Shown piece by piece: positions 10,501 to 19,039 of a stretch of DNA of 64,000 nt. The translations under genes and the position numbers were made by a program. The notes beneath the pieces are model-generated. The model did no database searches. It was given only the letters and a program-made list of their open reading frames with translations, and was not told the origin of the DNA. The stretch is taken from IMG/VR virus record IMGVR_UViG_3300021961_000044, positions 1-64,000 of that record; one strand, given 5' to 3'. The DNA is from a virus. The first letter of the stretch is position 1; the number at the start of each line of letters is the position of its first letter.

Positions 10501-13500
10501 TAGTGTTTTTGAATCTTCCAGAACTTCAAATCAATTTGAGGTTTCTAGAATTGGCGAAATAGGAATATCTTCAAACGCAAAAGTGCAGTTGAAGATAAAC
10601 AAAAATATTCCAAAAGTTTTGTATTATAATTTTTCTCCAATAAACACAAACATTATTCCAGAAGAAAAATCGACAATTATTAGAGATGATGGAGTAACTG
10701 GATATAATGAAATTGTTAGAAATAAGAGTTTATATTCCGGAAAGCATAATGTAACTGTTTCATCCGGAACAACTTTCAAATATACACTCGACAAGCAACC
10801 AGAGTCTACTTCATATGAAAGATCTTCTTCCATATTGCATTATTCGACAAATTCTAAGAACGCATATGGACCTATAGAATCAATTTCTATTAAAAATGGA
10901 GGAAATAACTTTAGAAGACTTCCAGGTTTGTCTACATCCTTTATTTCTGATTTAGGTAGCAATGCAATATTATCACTGTCGGGATCTAATATAGGAAAAA
11001 TTGTATCTAAAAAGATAATTGATATTGGATATGACTTGCCATCCGATAAAACTTTAAAACCAAAAGCAAAATTACCACAAGTTTGCACTATCGAATCTCT
11101 TTCTTCAATAGAAAGTATTTCTATAACTTCTTTTGGAAGAGGATACACTGTTGCTCCGCAATTAGTCCTTATAGATGGAAGAAGAAAAGAAGTACTTCCA
11201 GAAGTCGATTTGAAATTCAAACTGGGAGACGTGAAGGTTGAGATTCTCAAAAATACATATGCACTGTCCAGAACCACTCCTATTATAATACCAATCTATA
11301 ATTCCAATGGTGTTGGAATTTCTAGCTTATCATTCAATTCTTCAGATCAAACAGTTACAGCAACTTTATCAGTTGGATTTAGTACAGCAGAGTCCTTCCC
11401 GTTCAATGTTGGAGATGAAATTTTTGTAGAAAATGCAAGTGTAACTGGAGCAACTGGAAACATTAAGGGATTTAATTCTAACGAATATAATTACAATTTC
11501 TTCGAAGTCACACAGGTATCGAAAAATATTGGTGGAATTGGAATTGTTACTTATAGTATGTCTAACGTTTTGGATGATAATGGCGATGTAGCTAATTTTG
11601 ATGCTACTAATTCTGCAGTAAGGATTATTCCTCGCAAATACATGCCTACATTTGATGTCAAAGTCAGCTCAAATTCATTTGCTATTGGAGAAACTGCTAA
11701 ATTTGGAAATAATAATGAATGCATTATTGAAGGATATAATTCAAATGCAAATATCTTAAAGGTAAGAGCACAAGAACAAATATCTGTTGGCGATATTATT
11801 GAAGGAAAATCTACACAAACAAAAGCAACTGTTAATGAAGTTGAAAGTTATGATGGATTCTATTCCATTGAAAGTTCTTCCTTAAGAAAAGGAGGATGGG
11901 AAAATAATGCTGGATTCTTGGGAGATAATTCTACTAGACTCCAAGATAATGATTATTATCAAAACTTCTCATACTCGATCAAATCAAGAGTTCCATTAGA
12001 AACTTGGGACGATGCTGTTAGTTCATTAAATCACACCACCGGATTTAAGAAGTTCTCTGACTTGCAAATTGAATCTAAACTCGATTATGTTTCCAATCGT
12101 GATCTTGTTGTCGATCTTCCTGCGCCAAACGACATTCCTGGAATTCAAGTTATTGTCGATTTAATTGGAATGGGAGATCTTAATTGTGTTTATGATTTCG
12201 ACTTAGTAAAAGAAAATTCATTCACAGTTGATGGAAAAATAGTATCCGATGAAATAATTTTCCAAAATGCAATTCTTACTGATTACTCAGAATCTATTGG
12301 AAATAGAGTATTGATTATTGATGATATTTCGTATCTGTTTAATAGCAACCCAAGACCAACAAGATTTAGTCCAGTTGCTAGATTTGACCTTGCAGATAGT
12401 AGAGTTAGAAAATTTATCACATATGCAAAAGACATTAGATACACTGGAGAAAGACAAGTACTCTTAGTAACTCTTCTTTATGATAATGATAATCTTTCAT
12501 ACATGAATCAATTTGGAAGAGTTGAATCTGTTTCCGATCTCGGATCTTTTGACTTCGCTATCTCTGGAACTGAGGGTGTTCTTAATTTCTATCCAGTAAA
12601 ATATTCCTTAAATGATTATGCAGTTTCAGCTTTAACCATTGGAATTAATGATTCCTACGTTTCTGGTCTTGGAACAACTACCATTGGAGATAGTGTAAGA
12701 ATCGTAGGAGCTTCAAAATCGGATGTAGTTTCTTCTATTGTTGAAATTCCAAGCTATTATAGTTCGGTTAAAGGAATTGTAGAGATAACAGGACATAATG
12801 GAGAATATGAGTACAACGAATTCAATTTGGTCCATAACGGAACTGAAATTGAATTTATTGATTATGGTCAGTTATCAAATCACAGTTATGATATATTCTC
12901 TGGATCTGGACTGGGAACTTTCTGGCCTTACATTAGTGGATCTACATTAAAAGTAGATTTTACCACTAACTTGGGACTATCTACAACTGGTTTTGGTGCT
13001 ACCGTTAACGCTTGGTTTGTTGCTCTTGCTGACACAAATTATAGTGGAATTGGATCGACAGCACTTAGATATGGAGAACTTAAATCCTCCTATGTAGCTA
13101 TATCATCATCATCAACTCCGACAACTCATATAGTATCGGATTATGTTGATCTTTATGATGGAGGTTATTTCTTAGTACAGGCATCAGACCCAGATAGCGG
13201 AGATCATCAATTCTCCGAAGTTGTCGCTGTTGATGACGATAGCGATGGTTTCATTACCGAATTTGCTATTCTTGAGACAAATCAAAATCTTGGAGTTGTA
13301 GGAATTTCTAAGACTGATGATATAACCAAGATAACATTTGAACCAGTAGCAGATAGAAATATCCAGGTCAAAGTTTTCTCCCATCTAATCCGTCCTACAA
13401 ATGATACAGGAACAAATATAACATTAGATTTCAATAATTCTATCGTTGACAGTTATCAAGGTTTATATGAAGGCACCTTATCAAACATCAAGAGAGCTTT

Positions 13501-16500
13501 CCCACTTAACCATGACAATAATCCAATTTTTAGAAGAGAAGTAGACTGCTCATCTTCTACAAATGTCAATGTTTCAAACAATACTATTCAAATTCCAAAC
13601 CATTATTTCGTAAGTGGAGAGGAAGTTCAGTATAGAGTTGCAGGAACAGGTTCATCTAATGCTATTGGAATTGCATCTACAAGTTTTGTTGGTGTAGGAA
13701 TAACAACAAAACTTCCAGGATCAGTTTATATAATCAAACTTAATGAGTCAGAAGTTCAATTAGCAAGAACAGCTGCGGAAGCACTTGCTTATGTTCCTGT
13801 ACCAATTAACATAACATCAGTAGGAATTGGAACATCACATAGTTTCACTTCTAAAAAGCAAAATTCAAAGGTCGTTGTTGCCATCGACAATGTTATTCAA
13901 TCTCCAATTGTTTCTACAGCAATTACAGCAAGTTTAGCAAAAGCAACAACTACTACTGAAAATGTACTTGAATTTTCTGGAATTACGTCGTTCTTTGGAA
14001 CAGATTTGATTCAAATTGATGATGAAATTATGAGAATTCAATCTATTGGTGTAGGAGCAACGAATAGTGTAAGGGTCAGAAGAGCATGGATGGGAACTGG
14101 TCTGGCTGGACACGGAACAGACGCTAAGATTACAAAAATTAATGGAAACTATAATATTATTGACAGTACAATTAACTTTGTAGATCCTCCATATGGACAA
14201 ACTCCACTTTCCACATCCACAAACAAACCATCGGAAAGAGATTGGATCGGTATAACAACTGGATCTAAATTCCAAGGAAGATCTTTCATGAGATCTGGTA
14301 CTCAAGGTTCAGATGAAGAAACATACACAAGAAATTACATCTTTGATGATATTTCTGAAAACTTTGACGGACAAACTAAGGTATTCACTCTCACTTCATC
14401 GGGATCAAGTGTAACTCAAATAGCAGACAAAAATGCTATTATCACAATTAACGATATTTTCCAAGGTCCAGGTCTTACAAGAGATTATACTTTAATTTCT
14501 GATGAAACTGTCGGAATAACATCAATCCAGTTTACTGGAACAGCAAGTTCCGTGGGTTATGATGTTAATAATGCATCTATTCCTGTTGGTGGTGTTATCG
14601 TTTCTGTTGGTTCTACATTTGGATTTGGATTGCAAGATTTAGTTTCTGCTGGTGGAACCGCTGTTGTTTCTGCAGCTGGAACAATCGCATCAATTAGCAT
14701 TGGAAATAGCGGATCTGGATATAGATCAGGAATTCAAACTGTTGTCAATGTTGGAGTTTATACATCTTCAACCTCAACTTACAGTATAACCAACATCGGA
14801 ACAGCAGCAATTAGTAATGGACACATTGTTAGTGTTGCTATTACAAACCCAGGTGCAGGATATACTAACACTAGTGCTCCTTACGTAGTATTTGATGCTC
14901 CACTTTCTTATTCCAATATACCTCTTGTCTATAGTTCACAATCAACACCAGGTTTCGGGACAGAAGCAAAAATTAATATTGTTGTTGGATCTGCTTCCAG
15001 TGTCGTTGATTTTGAAATTATTAATCTTGGATATGGTTATGGAAACGGAGAAATCCTTACAGTTGAAACTGGAGGACCCACAGGAATTCCAACTGATCCA
15101 ACTAAACCATATAGCGAATTCCAAATATCAATTCAACAAATTTTCAATGATAGATTTGCTGGATGGTCAATTGGACAACTTCAGATAATTGATGACGTAT
15201 CATCGCAATTTAATGGCACTGATTCAATTTTCCCAATTAGAGTTGCGGGTGATTTGATTTCTATTAGATCTTCTAGAGGATCAAACATCGACGTTCAAGC
15301 AACATTATTGGTATTTGTTAATGATGTTCTTCAAGTTCCAGGAGAAGGTTATTTGTTCCCAGGTGGAAGTTTGATTGAATTTACAGAACCTCCAAAATCT
15401 GGAGACACTTGCAAGATCCTTTTCTATAAGGGAAGTGGTGATATTGATGTTGTCGATAGAGATATTGTTGAGACTGTAAAGGTTGGAGATGAACTGACTA
15501 TTAATTATAATCCAGATTTAGGACAAACAACAATTTTCCAAGAAGAAGCAAGAACAGTAACAGAAATCAAGTCAATTGATTTTGTTGGCACTAATCCTTA
15601 CTTTGGACCAGGAAATAGTGATAATGAACAAATGATTAGACCAGTTACTTGGTGCAAGCAAACTGAAGACAAGATTATTGATGAAAAAGAAGTTGGAAAG
15701 GACAGAGATCATTACGAAGCGAATATATTCCCAACTGCTTATGTCACACAAACAGTAGGAACTGGTGTAACGATTATCTATGTCGATACATTAAGAACCT
15801 TGTTTAATGCTGCAAATGAAAACAATGCATCTTTACTCTTCCAGAATAAGATTAACATCTTATCACAGGATTCATTCACTTCCGCTGCTGCTACAGCAAC
15901 AGTTTCTTCTGCGGGAACTATAACTTCATTTACAATCAGCGATGGTGGATCTGGATTTGCATCCATTCCTTCTGTAACTCTTTCCAATCCAATTGGAATT
16001 GGATCAACGGCGTCTGCTACAGCAAGTATTCTCAATGGGTCTGTTGTTGCTATTGCAGTTTCCAATCCTGGATCTGGATATGCATCGACAAATCCTCCAA
16101 AAGTCCTTATTCAAGATGAACCATCTGTATTAGAAACTGATAATGTTCAGAGTTATAGTGGAGATTATGGAACAATTGTAGGATTTGGTGTTACTACTAG
16201 TGGTTTGACCACAAAAGTAATATTTGATCTTTTCATTCCTACAGATTCAGATCTAAGAGGAACCCACTATGTTTCTTCCGCAAGCACTATTAGCGGAATT
16301 AGCACTGGTGACTATTTTGTAGTCAGAGATTCCAATATTGGTTTTGCAGTAACTAATTTTGAAACTAGAAGAACCAACAGCACCACAATCGGTATTTGCA
16401 AATCTCATTTTGATGGCGTATATCAAGTAAATGACTTCCACGTAACATTTAGACCTGTTACTGGAATTGGCACCGTATCTGTAGTAAGAGTATTTGCTAA

Positions 16501-16879
16501 TGTTGCTGGACTTGGTTCCCAAAGTCTTTCAAATATTACTGGAATTGGATCTGTTGGATTGGGAGTTACTTCCCTTGGTGGAAATATTGAGTATTCTCAA
16601 GTTGCAATTAGTAGTGTAACTTTCGATAGTAGCACAATTACTTTCGATAGCACATTATATTCCTTTGATAATCAAGGAAATATAACTGGTATTGCTTTCA
16701 GCGGCAATGTTTTGGATTCTGCATTCTTCGGAAGATATAGTTGGGGTAAAATTGTTGTTGAAGGAAGAACTTCTTCGAACGAATTTAATTTCTATGGAGA
16801 TAATGGTGTCACTGGAATCAGTACTTCTGCTCTGATTACAAGAGAAAGATACTTAAAATATAGGAACTACATTAATTAA
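4586..16879 (+). CDS. gp7: Giant baseplate wedge initiator (gp7-like) structural protein, 4097 aa
   Basis: N-terminal QFPTYIREEFP...IKDFYKTRGTDESFKILFKALYG; LQDNDYYQNFSYSIKS...LNHTTGFKKF; lies between gp6 and gp8; many inserted beta-rich repeats. Confidence 0.8.
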   Translation: MTSSRIKFNQIVADQFPTYIREEFPAVQEFFTKYYLSQEYPGGALDLLNNIDKYNSIEEVSDRYVNDAELTLPIGLFDTEINVASTQGFPDNYGLIKVDNELILYTEKSNIQFKGCVRGFLGITSYEDPLNPENFIFSTSNQEKHDLQYSPEGVGLKRVTNLSALFLKEFFKKVKYRLAPGFENRELFSGTDEETNKEIAIKQSRFIKQIKDFYKTRGTDESFKILFKALYGEKAEIVRPKEFLFRPSDSQFQVTKDFIVTPISGNPAELERNTLQQDEYKDITRAYAPVAKVEKVTTGFTTSNYWRVSIDANYDRDIIINGSIYGNFKAHAKTKVIGNISAGSSYIDVDSTLGFPQDGELYVAYSDGTVGVVTYKNKSLTQFFDCTNITNTIKDTENIFINTYAYGYSNVDQSLIKVRITPVLENPSENTNNHYYENGELIDIKSLGEDASTNDIWTINSSPTYQVKSVSLVDSQQKLYSISTFDTILLKIGNTISIEDTTGTKTEAVVFDITSANALSVRSDTLLDVNKKYTFTKKLSKVNATYFTNISHLNSNVENVYIDGNKTLIASPSIPSYRNQPLDVTSKKIIFSGTFPPVGVGSTNTYNISPLKDHGFYTGDAVYYSFPVKETLDTFSGVTQTTYPEGNLGSNFEEGLYFIKRIDENNVQFAKGRSDLFYGNFVSTPSPVTITGQVLEVYNLKGKTLGTQKLLREISKPEKDGKKYETTPGTKTGIFVNGVELQNYKSTDTVYYGSIQKIDVSAPGEDYDIINPPILHISDSVGTGATGYVSVSGSLKELRIISPGFNYIETPVIKVTGGNGTGAKAAVKLNQVTHYINFNSTVLGQKVGIGTTVSTIGFTTYHKFTNAEKVLYKNNGGQVISGLSTNSVYYVNVVDPYTVKLHQTENQAVLGVGTVVLLDYGTGNHTLESVSKKNVISKINIISEGQGYTNRKLTTGIVGINTASNTITIPNHNFSTGERIVYDVDGTSVVGLIPKTSYYIDKKDNDSFRLYQSGIGSDGQVYNTKLYADLRNVGLGTHIFNYPEIEVTIEGKIGISSLSTEDFKARVQPIFRGSVESVHLSNDGVGYGSSEILNFNREPLINLQTGEEAQLTPIVNNGQVVEVLVNSKGSGYNSSPTLQVVGSGVGAVITPVVVNGQIESVNVIHGGVSYNRQDTSINVISSGKGAKFSATIKTWTVNNVIANYEQFTGDDGFITNGTNLQYGLQYTHLYSPRSLRQSLFGIDSKGNKVYGSVDLKINNGFEIDSLYHSPIIGYAYDGNPIYGPYAYSTLTGGVIKQVKSGYRLSLANDRPPFPEGFFVEDYTFYPSSDPLVLDENNGRFCVTPEYPNGTYAYFSSISEKPDSTGIYKGYKSPVFPYVVGNCYNNIPNNYNFKSLSNQNDVDLNQTNYIRVTNTHKIKGKQSSYNYIDIPNSLNQKTEIKSTSKGSIDGVGIVTGGQNYKVGDRPIINFEGSGGYGTLLEVDKISGKEITSISVATSSISNVEFLPISNGGSFLAIAPNPHYWANTNKVVVSGLSTTNTLLAGAYRAGISTDRYVLTVGVGTAGVTGIVTYLNIFGDLSYPSLKENDILSIGTEDVKVLSVDHETSRIRVLRGQNGTVSTAHTNTTTIRQNHRKFKINVGYKTTFNYTINKEFYFNPIDSLALTVGIGTTIVFSNPGAGKTNIFVPQKSIYLPDHGLKTGDQILYRTYGGDPIEVSVGGISADYSVSDQEIFYVAKISNDLIGIATVKVGLGSTGSFVGAGDSIRESSTLYFTGIGTGVYHSFKTQYPNVVTGSAEKNEVTVSLANTHGLFNNETVFVDVNVGGSKTVTVKYNDKARRILIDPKSFTSVGVNTSKSEITITNHGFRSGDKVVHTTTSNGYGPIDGELYYVIVVDNNTIKLSQKKSDALSSIPSYIGITSAYSGEIGLVNPPIQVYEDSTLVFDVSDSSLRFLQQSTEYSAFEMLFHSDLSFNSVFESSRTSNQFEVSRIGEIGISSNAKVQLKINKNIPKVLYYNFSPINTNIIPEEKSTIIRDDGVTGYNEIVRNKSLYSGKHNVTVSSGTTFKYTLDKQPESTSYERSSSILHYSTNSKNAYGPIESISIKNGGNNFRRLPGLSTSFISDLGSNAILSLSGSNIGKIVSKKIIDIGYDLPSDKTLKPKAKLPQVCTIESLSSIESISITSFGRGYTVAPQLVLIDGRRKEVLPEVDLKFKLGDVKVEILKNTYALSRTTPIIIPIYNSNGVGISSLSFNSSDQTVTATLSVGFSTAESFPFNVGDEIFVENASVTGATGNIKGFNSNEYNYNFFEVTQVSKNIGGIGIVTYSMSNVLDDNGDVANFDATNSAVRIIPRKYMPTFDVKVSSNSFAIGETAKFGNNNECIIEGYNSNANILKVRAQEQISVGDIIEGKSTQTKATVNEVESYDGFYSIESSSLRKGGWENNAGFLGDNSTRLQDNDYYQNFSYSIKSRVPLETWDDAVSSLNHTTGFKKFSDLQIESKLDYVSNRDLVVDLPAPNDIPGIQVIVDLIGMGDLNCVYDFDLVKENSFTVDGKIVSDEIIFQNAILTDYSESIGNRVLIIDDISYLFNSNPRPTRFSPVARFDLADSRVRKFITYAKDIRYTGERQVLLVTLLYDNDNLSYMNQFGRVESVSDLGSFDFAISGTEGVLNFYPVKYSLNDYAVSALTIGINDSYVSGLGTTTIGDSVRIVGASKSDVVSSIVEIPSYYSSVKGIVEITGHNGEYEYNEFNLVHNGTEIEFIDYGQLSNHSYDIFSGSGLGTFWPYISGSTLKVDFTTNLGLSTTGFGATVNAWFVALADTNYSGIGSTALRYGELKSSYVAISSSSTPTTHIVSDYVDLYDGGYFLVQASDPDSGDHQFSEVVAVDDDSDGFITEFAILETNQNLGVVGISKTDDITKITFEPVADRNIQVKVFSHLIRPTNDTGTNITLDFNNSIVDSYQGLYEGTLSNIKRAFPLNHDNNPIFRREVDCSSSTNVNVSNNTIQIPNHYFVSGEEVQYRVAGTGSSNAIGIASTSFVGVGITTKLPGSVYIIKLNESEVQLARTAAEALAYVPVPINITSVGIGTSHSFTSKKQNSKVVVAIDNVIQSPIVSTAITASLAKATTTTENVLEFSGITSFFGTDLIQIDDEIMRIQSIGVGATNSVRVRRAWMGTGLAGHGTDAKITKINGNYNIIDSTINFVDPPYGQTPLSTSTNKPSERDWIGITTGSKFQGRSFMRSGTQGSDEETYTRNYIFDDISENFDGQTKVFTLTSSGSSVTQIADKNAIITINDIFQGPGLTRDYTLISDETVGITSIQFTGTASSVGYDVNNASIPVGGVIVSVGSTFGFGLQDLVSAGGTAVVSAAGTIASISIGNSGSGYRSGIQTVVNVGVYTSSTSTYSITNIGTAAISNGHIVSVAITNPGAGYTNTSAPYVVFDAPLSYSNIPLVYSSQSTPGFGTEAKINIVVGSASSVVDFEIINLGYGYGNGEILTVETGGPTGIPTDPTKPYSEFQISIQQIFNDRFAGWSIGQLQIIDDVSSQFNGTDSIFPIRVAGDLISIRSSRGSNIDVQATLLVFVNDVLQVPGEGYLFPGGSLIEFTEPPKSGDTCKILFYKGSGDIDVVDRDIVETVKVGDELTINYNPDLGQTTIFQEEARTVTEIKSIDFVGTNPYFGPGNSDNEQMIRPVTWCKQTEDKIIDEKEVGKDRDHYEANIFPTAYVTQTVGTGVTIIYVDTLRTLFNAANENNASLLFQNKINILSQDSFTSAAATATVSSAGTITSFTISDGGSGFASIPSVTLSNPIGIGSTASATASILNGSVVAIAVSNPGSGYASTNPPKVLIQDEPSVLETDNVQSYSGDYGTIVGFGVTTSGLTTKVIFDLFIPTDSDLRGTHYVSSASTISGISTGDYFVVRDSNIGFAVTNFETRRTNSTTIGICKSHFDGVYQVNDFHVTFRPVTGIGTVSVVRVFANVAGLGSQSLSNITGIGSVGLGVTSLGGNIEYSQVAISSVTFDSSTITFDSTLYSFDNQGNITGIAFSGNVLDSAFFGRYSWGKIVVEGRTSSNEFNFYGDNGVTGISTSALITRERYLKYRNYIN

Positions 16880-16880
16880 A

Positions 16881-16888
16881 CCTAAATA
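16881..16888 (+). promoter_or_regulatory. Late promoter
   Basis: CCTAAATA in a short intergenic gap before a structural gene. Confidence 0.6.
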
Positions 16889-16909
16889 CTTTTAAAATCT
16901 TTTGCGATA

Positions 16910-19009
16910 ATGGCAGTACAAGGAATAGGCACAGGATCTAGTCCAAATGATGGAAACGGTGATAGTCTACTAGCAGGTGCTCTAAAAATAAATTCTAATT
17001 TTGATGAATTATATACTCTCCTTGGAGATGGGACCACATTAACTTCCAATGTGGTCAATGAACTTGTTGCAGGAAGCAATGTTTCTCTTTCTGCTACAAC
17101 AGGAAAAATTACCATCACTGCAACTGGAACCTCAAGTGCATTAGATTCTGTTTGGAGAACTACAGATGTAGGAATTAACACAGTTTCTAACGTTGGAATT
17201 GGAAGCACTGGTCCTGAGTCAGCATTAACCGTTTCTGGAGACGCTAAAGTTTCTGGTGTTGTCACTGCAACTTCTTTTGTTGGAAATTTAACTGGTGATG
17301 TAACTGGTGGTGCTACACAAGTATTCATTAGTACAACCACTTCCAACTCAATAACTAATACTTCATGGTTAGTTCCTTTTGTTGATGGATCTGGTGGTTC
17401 AAATAAACCACTTTATATTACTGGCGCTGGATGGGGGTTAAGATGGTTCAATCCATCTAAAGCACTGTTCGTTACTAATTCCACTGATGCGGATCAATCT
17501 GCTGATCCTGGAGCAGGAAAGGTAATTATTAGACCCAATGATGTAACAATTGGGGCAAATGTCAAAATTGATGGAAGTTCCGGAATTATTACCGCAACTA
17601 CATTGGAAGGTAATGCCACAGGTCTTACTGGAACTCCAGATTTGAATGTTGGAATTGTAACTGCTGTTAGTTTTGTTGGATCTGGTACTGCTCTAACTGG
17701 TGTTTCTGTTGGTAGCACCGATTATGTCACTGGTATAGCAATTACCATGGCAACAGGAAACTTCAGTGGAAATGTTTCTATTGGAGGAACCACTTCTATT
17801 GAAGGTGGTGTAACATTAGTAACTAATAATTCGACTGTTGCTGGCACTATTGGAACAACTGGAGAAATTAAACAAATTGGTGGAGTTCCATTTTATTATG
17901 ATGGATCTGCCTGGAGAGAGTTTGTTCTTTCTACAGGTGTTAGCACTACTCAAACTGCGGATACCAGTTGGGACAATGTTATCTTAAGATCTACTTATGA
18001 TACAGACTTTTATGATTCTAAATTCGAAGTTCATCCAATCCTAACTGGAGCTGGTGCTACTACTGTATCCAGTCCTGTTAAAATAGGAACAAAATCATTC
18101 AGAAATAATGGATCTACTGGTGCTGGTATATCTTATGCATATAGATCTGAATATGACTTCACTGGTCCATGGACCATAGAATTTTGGATTTACCACGATG
18201 CAACTCCTTCGGATTATCAAACTTTAGTATCACAGTGGTCAATGACCGATACGTCTAATAATTGGACATTTGGTATAATACCAGCTTCTACAAATATATA
18301 CTGGTACTGGTCAAATGAAGCAAAATCAACTAACCAATACGTGGGATACGTACCGACAGCAACTTTCAACAGTACTTATTTAAACAAATGGGTACATTAT
18401 GCACTTGTCAGAGAATCTGATAATGGTTCCATACACTTTTACATCAATGGTGTAGAATCATCTAGTACAATTACGGATCAAGTCATCGACAATGATATAA
18501 CTAGCACCAACGGAGCTGGATTGTATATTGGAGGAATAGAGAGCGACATCATAAACACTTTTAGTTGGAATAATTCCGGTTCTATCGATGCTTCCTTTGA
18601 TGATATTAGAATCTCGACCGTAGCAAGATATACTTCGGTAGGAGTTGCTACAACTGCCACATTTACTCCTTCTACTACTGCTCTTGAGACGACAGGAACA
18701 CTTACTAATGCATATACTCCACCTGGAAACAAACGTGGAGTAATTACTCTTGGAGCAACTCCAAGTTGGAAAGGAACTCCAGGTTGCACAGTTTCCCAAC
18801 AATCTAGTGGAAATTATCGTGTAAGTTTTGCAACTTCATACATTAGTAATCTTGATTATTCAGTTCTTTCACAGGCAACTGATCAAGGATATGCTTCATA
18901 TGTCGGTATCGCCAGATCAACTGAACATGTAGATATTTCGGTCAATAGACAGAGCAATGATGCTGCTGTTGATACTGGTTATTTGACTGTTCAGATAACT
19001 AATCTATAA
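16910..19009 (+). CDS. Baseplate-attached fibre with gp9/gp10-like N-terminus and ConA/LamG-like lectin domain, 699 aa
   Basis: N-terminal GSSPNDGNGDSLLAGALKINSNFDELY (gp9/gp10 N-terminal type); WTIEFWIY...WVHYALVR...FYINGV...FDDIRIS (LamG-like). Confidence 0.75.
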   Translation: MAVQGIGTGSSPNDGNGDSLLAGALKINSNFDELYTLLGDGTTLTSNVVNELVAGSNVSLSATTGKITITATGTSSALDSVWRTTDVGINTVSNVGIGSTGPESALTVSGDAKVSGVVTATSFVGNLTGDVTGGATQVFISTTTSNSITNTSWLVPFVDGSGGSNKPLYITGAGWGLRWFNPSKALFVTNSTDADQSADPGAGKVIIRPNDVTIGANVKIDGSSGIITATTLEGNATGLTGTPDLNVGIVTAVSFVGSGTALTGVSVGSTDYVTGIAITMATGNFSGNVSIGGTTSIEGGVTLVTNNSTVAGTIGTTGEIKQIGGVPFYYDGSAWREFVLSTGVSTTQTADTSWDNVILRSTYDTDFYDSKFEVHPILTGAGATTVSSPVKIGTKSFRNNGSTGAGISYAYRSEYDFTGPWTIEFWIYHDATPSDYQTLVSQWSMTDTSNNWTFGIIPASTNIYWYWSNEAKSTNQYVGYVPTATFNSTYLNKWVHYALVRESDNGSIHFYINGVESSSTITDQVIDNDITSTNGAGLYIGGIESDIINTFSWNNSGSIDASFDDIRISTVARYTSVGVATTATFTPSTTALETTGTLTNAYTPPGNKRGVITLGATPSWKGTPGCTVSQQSSGNYRVSFATSYISNLDYSVLSQATDQGYASYVGIARSTEHVDISVNRQSNDAAVDTGYLTVQITNL

Positions 19010-19014
19010 TCCTC

Positions 19015-19022
19015 AATAAATA
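19015..19022 (+). promoter_or_regulatory. Late promoter
   Basis: AATAAATA 17 nt before the gp8 ATG. Confidence 0.6.
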
Positions 19023-19039
19023 ACTAAAAAATTTGCAAA

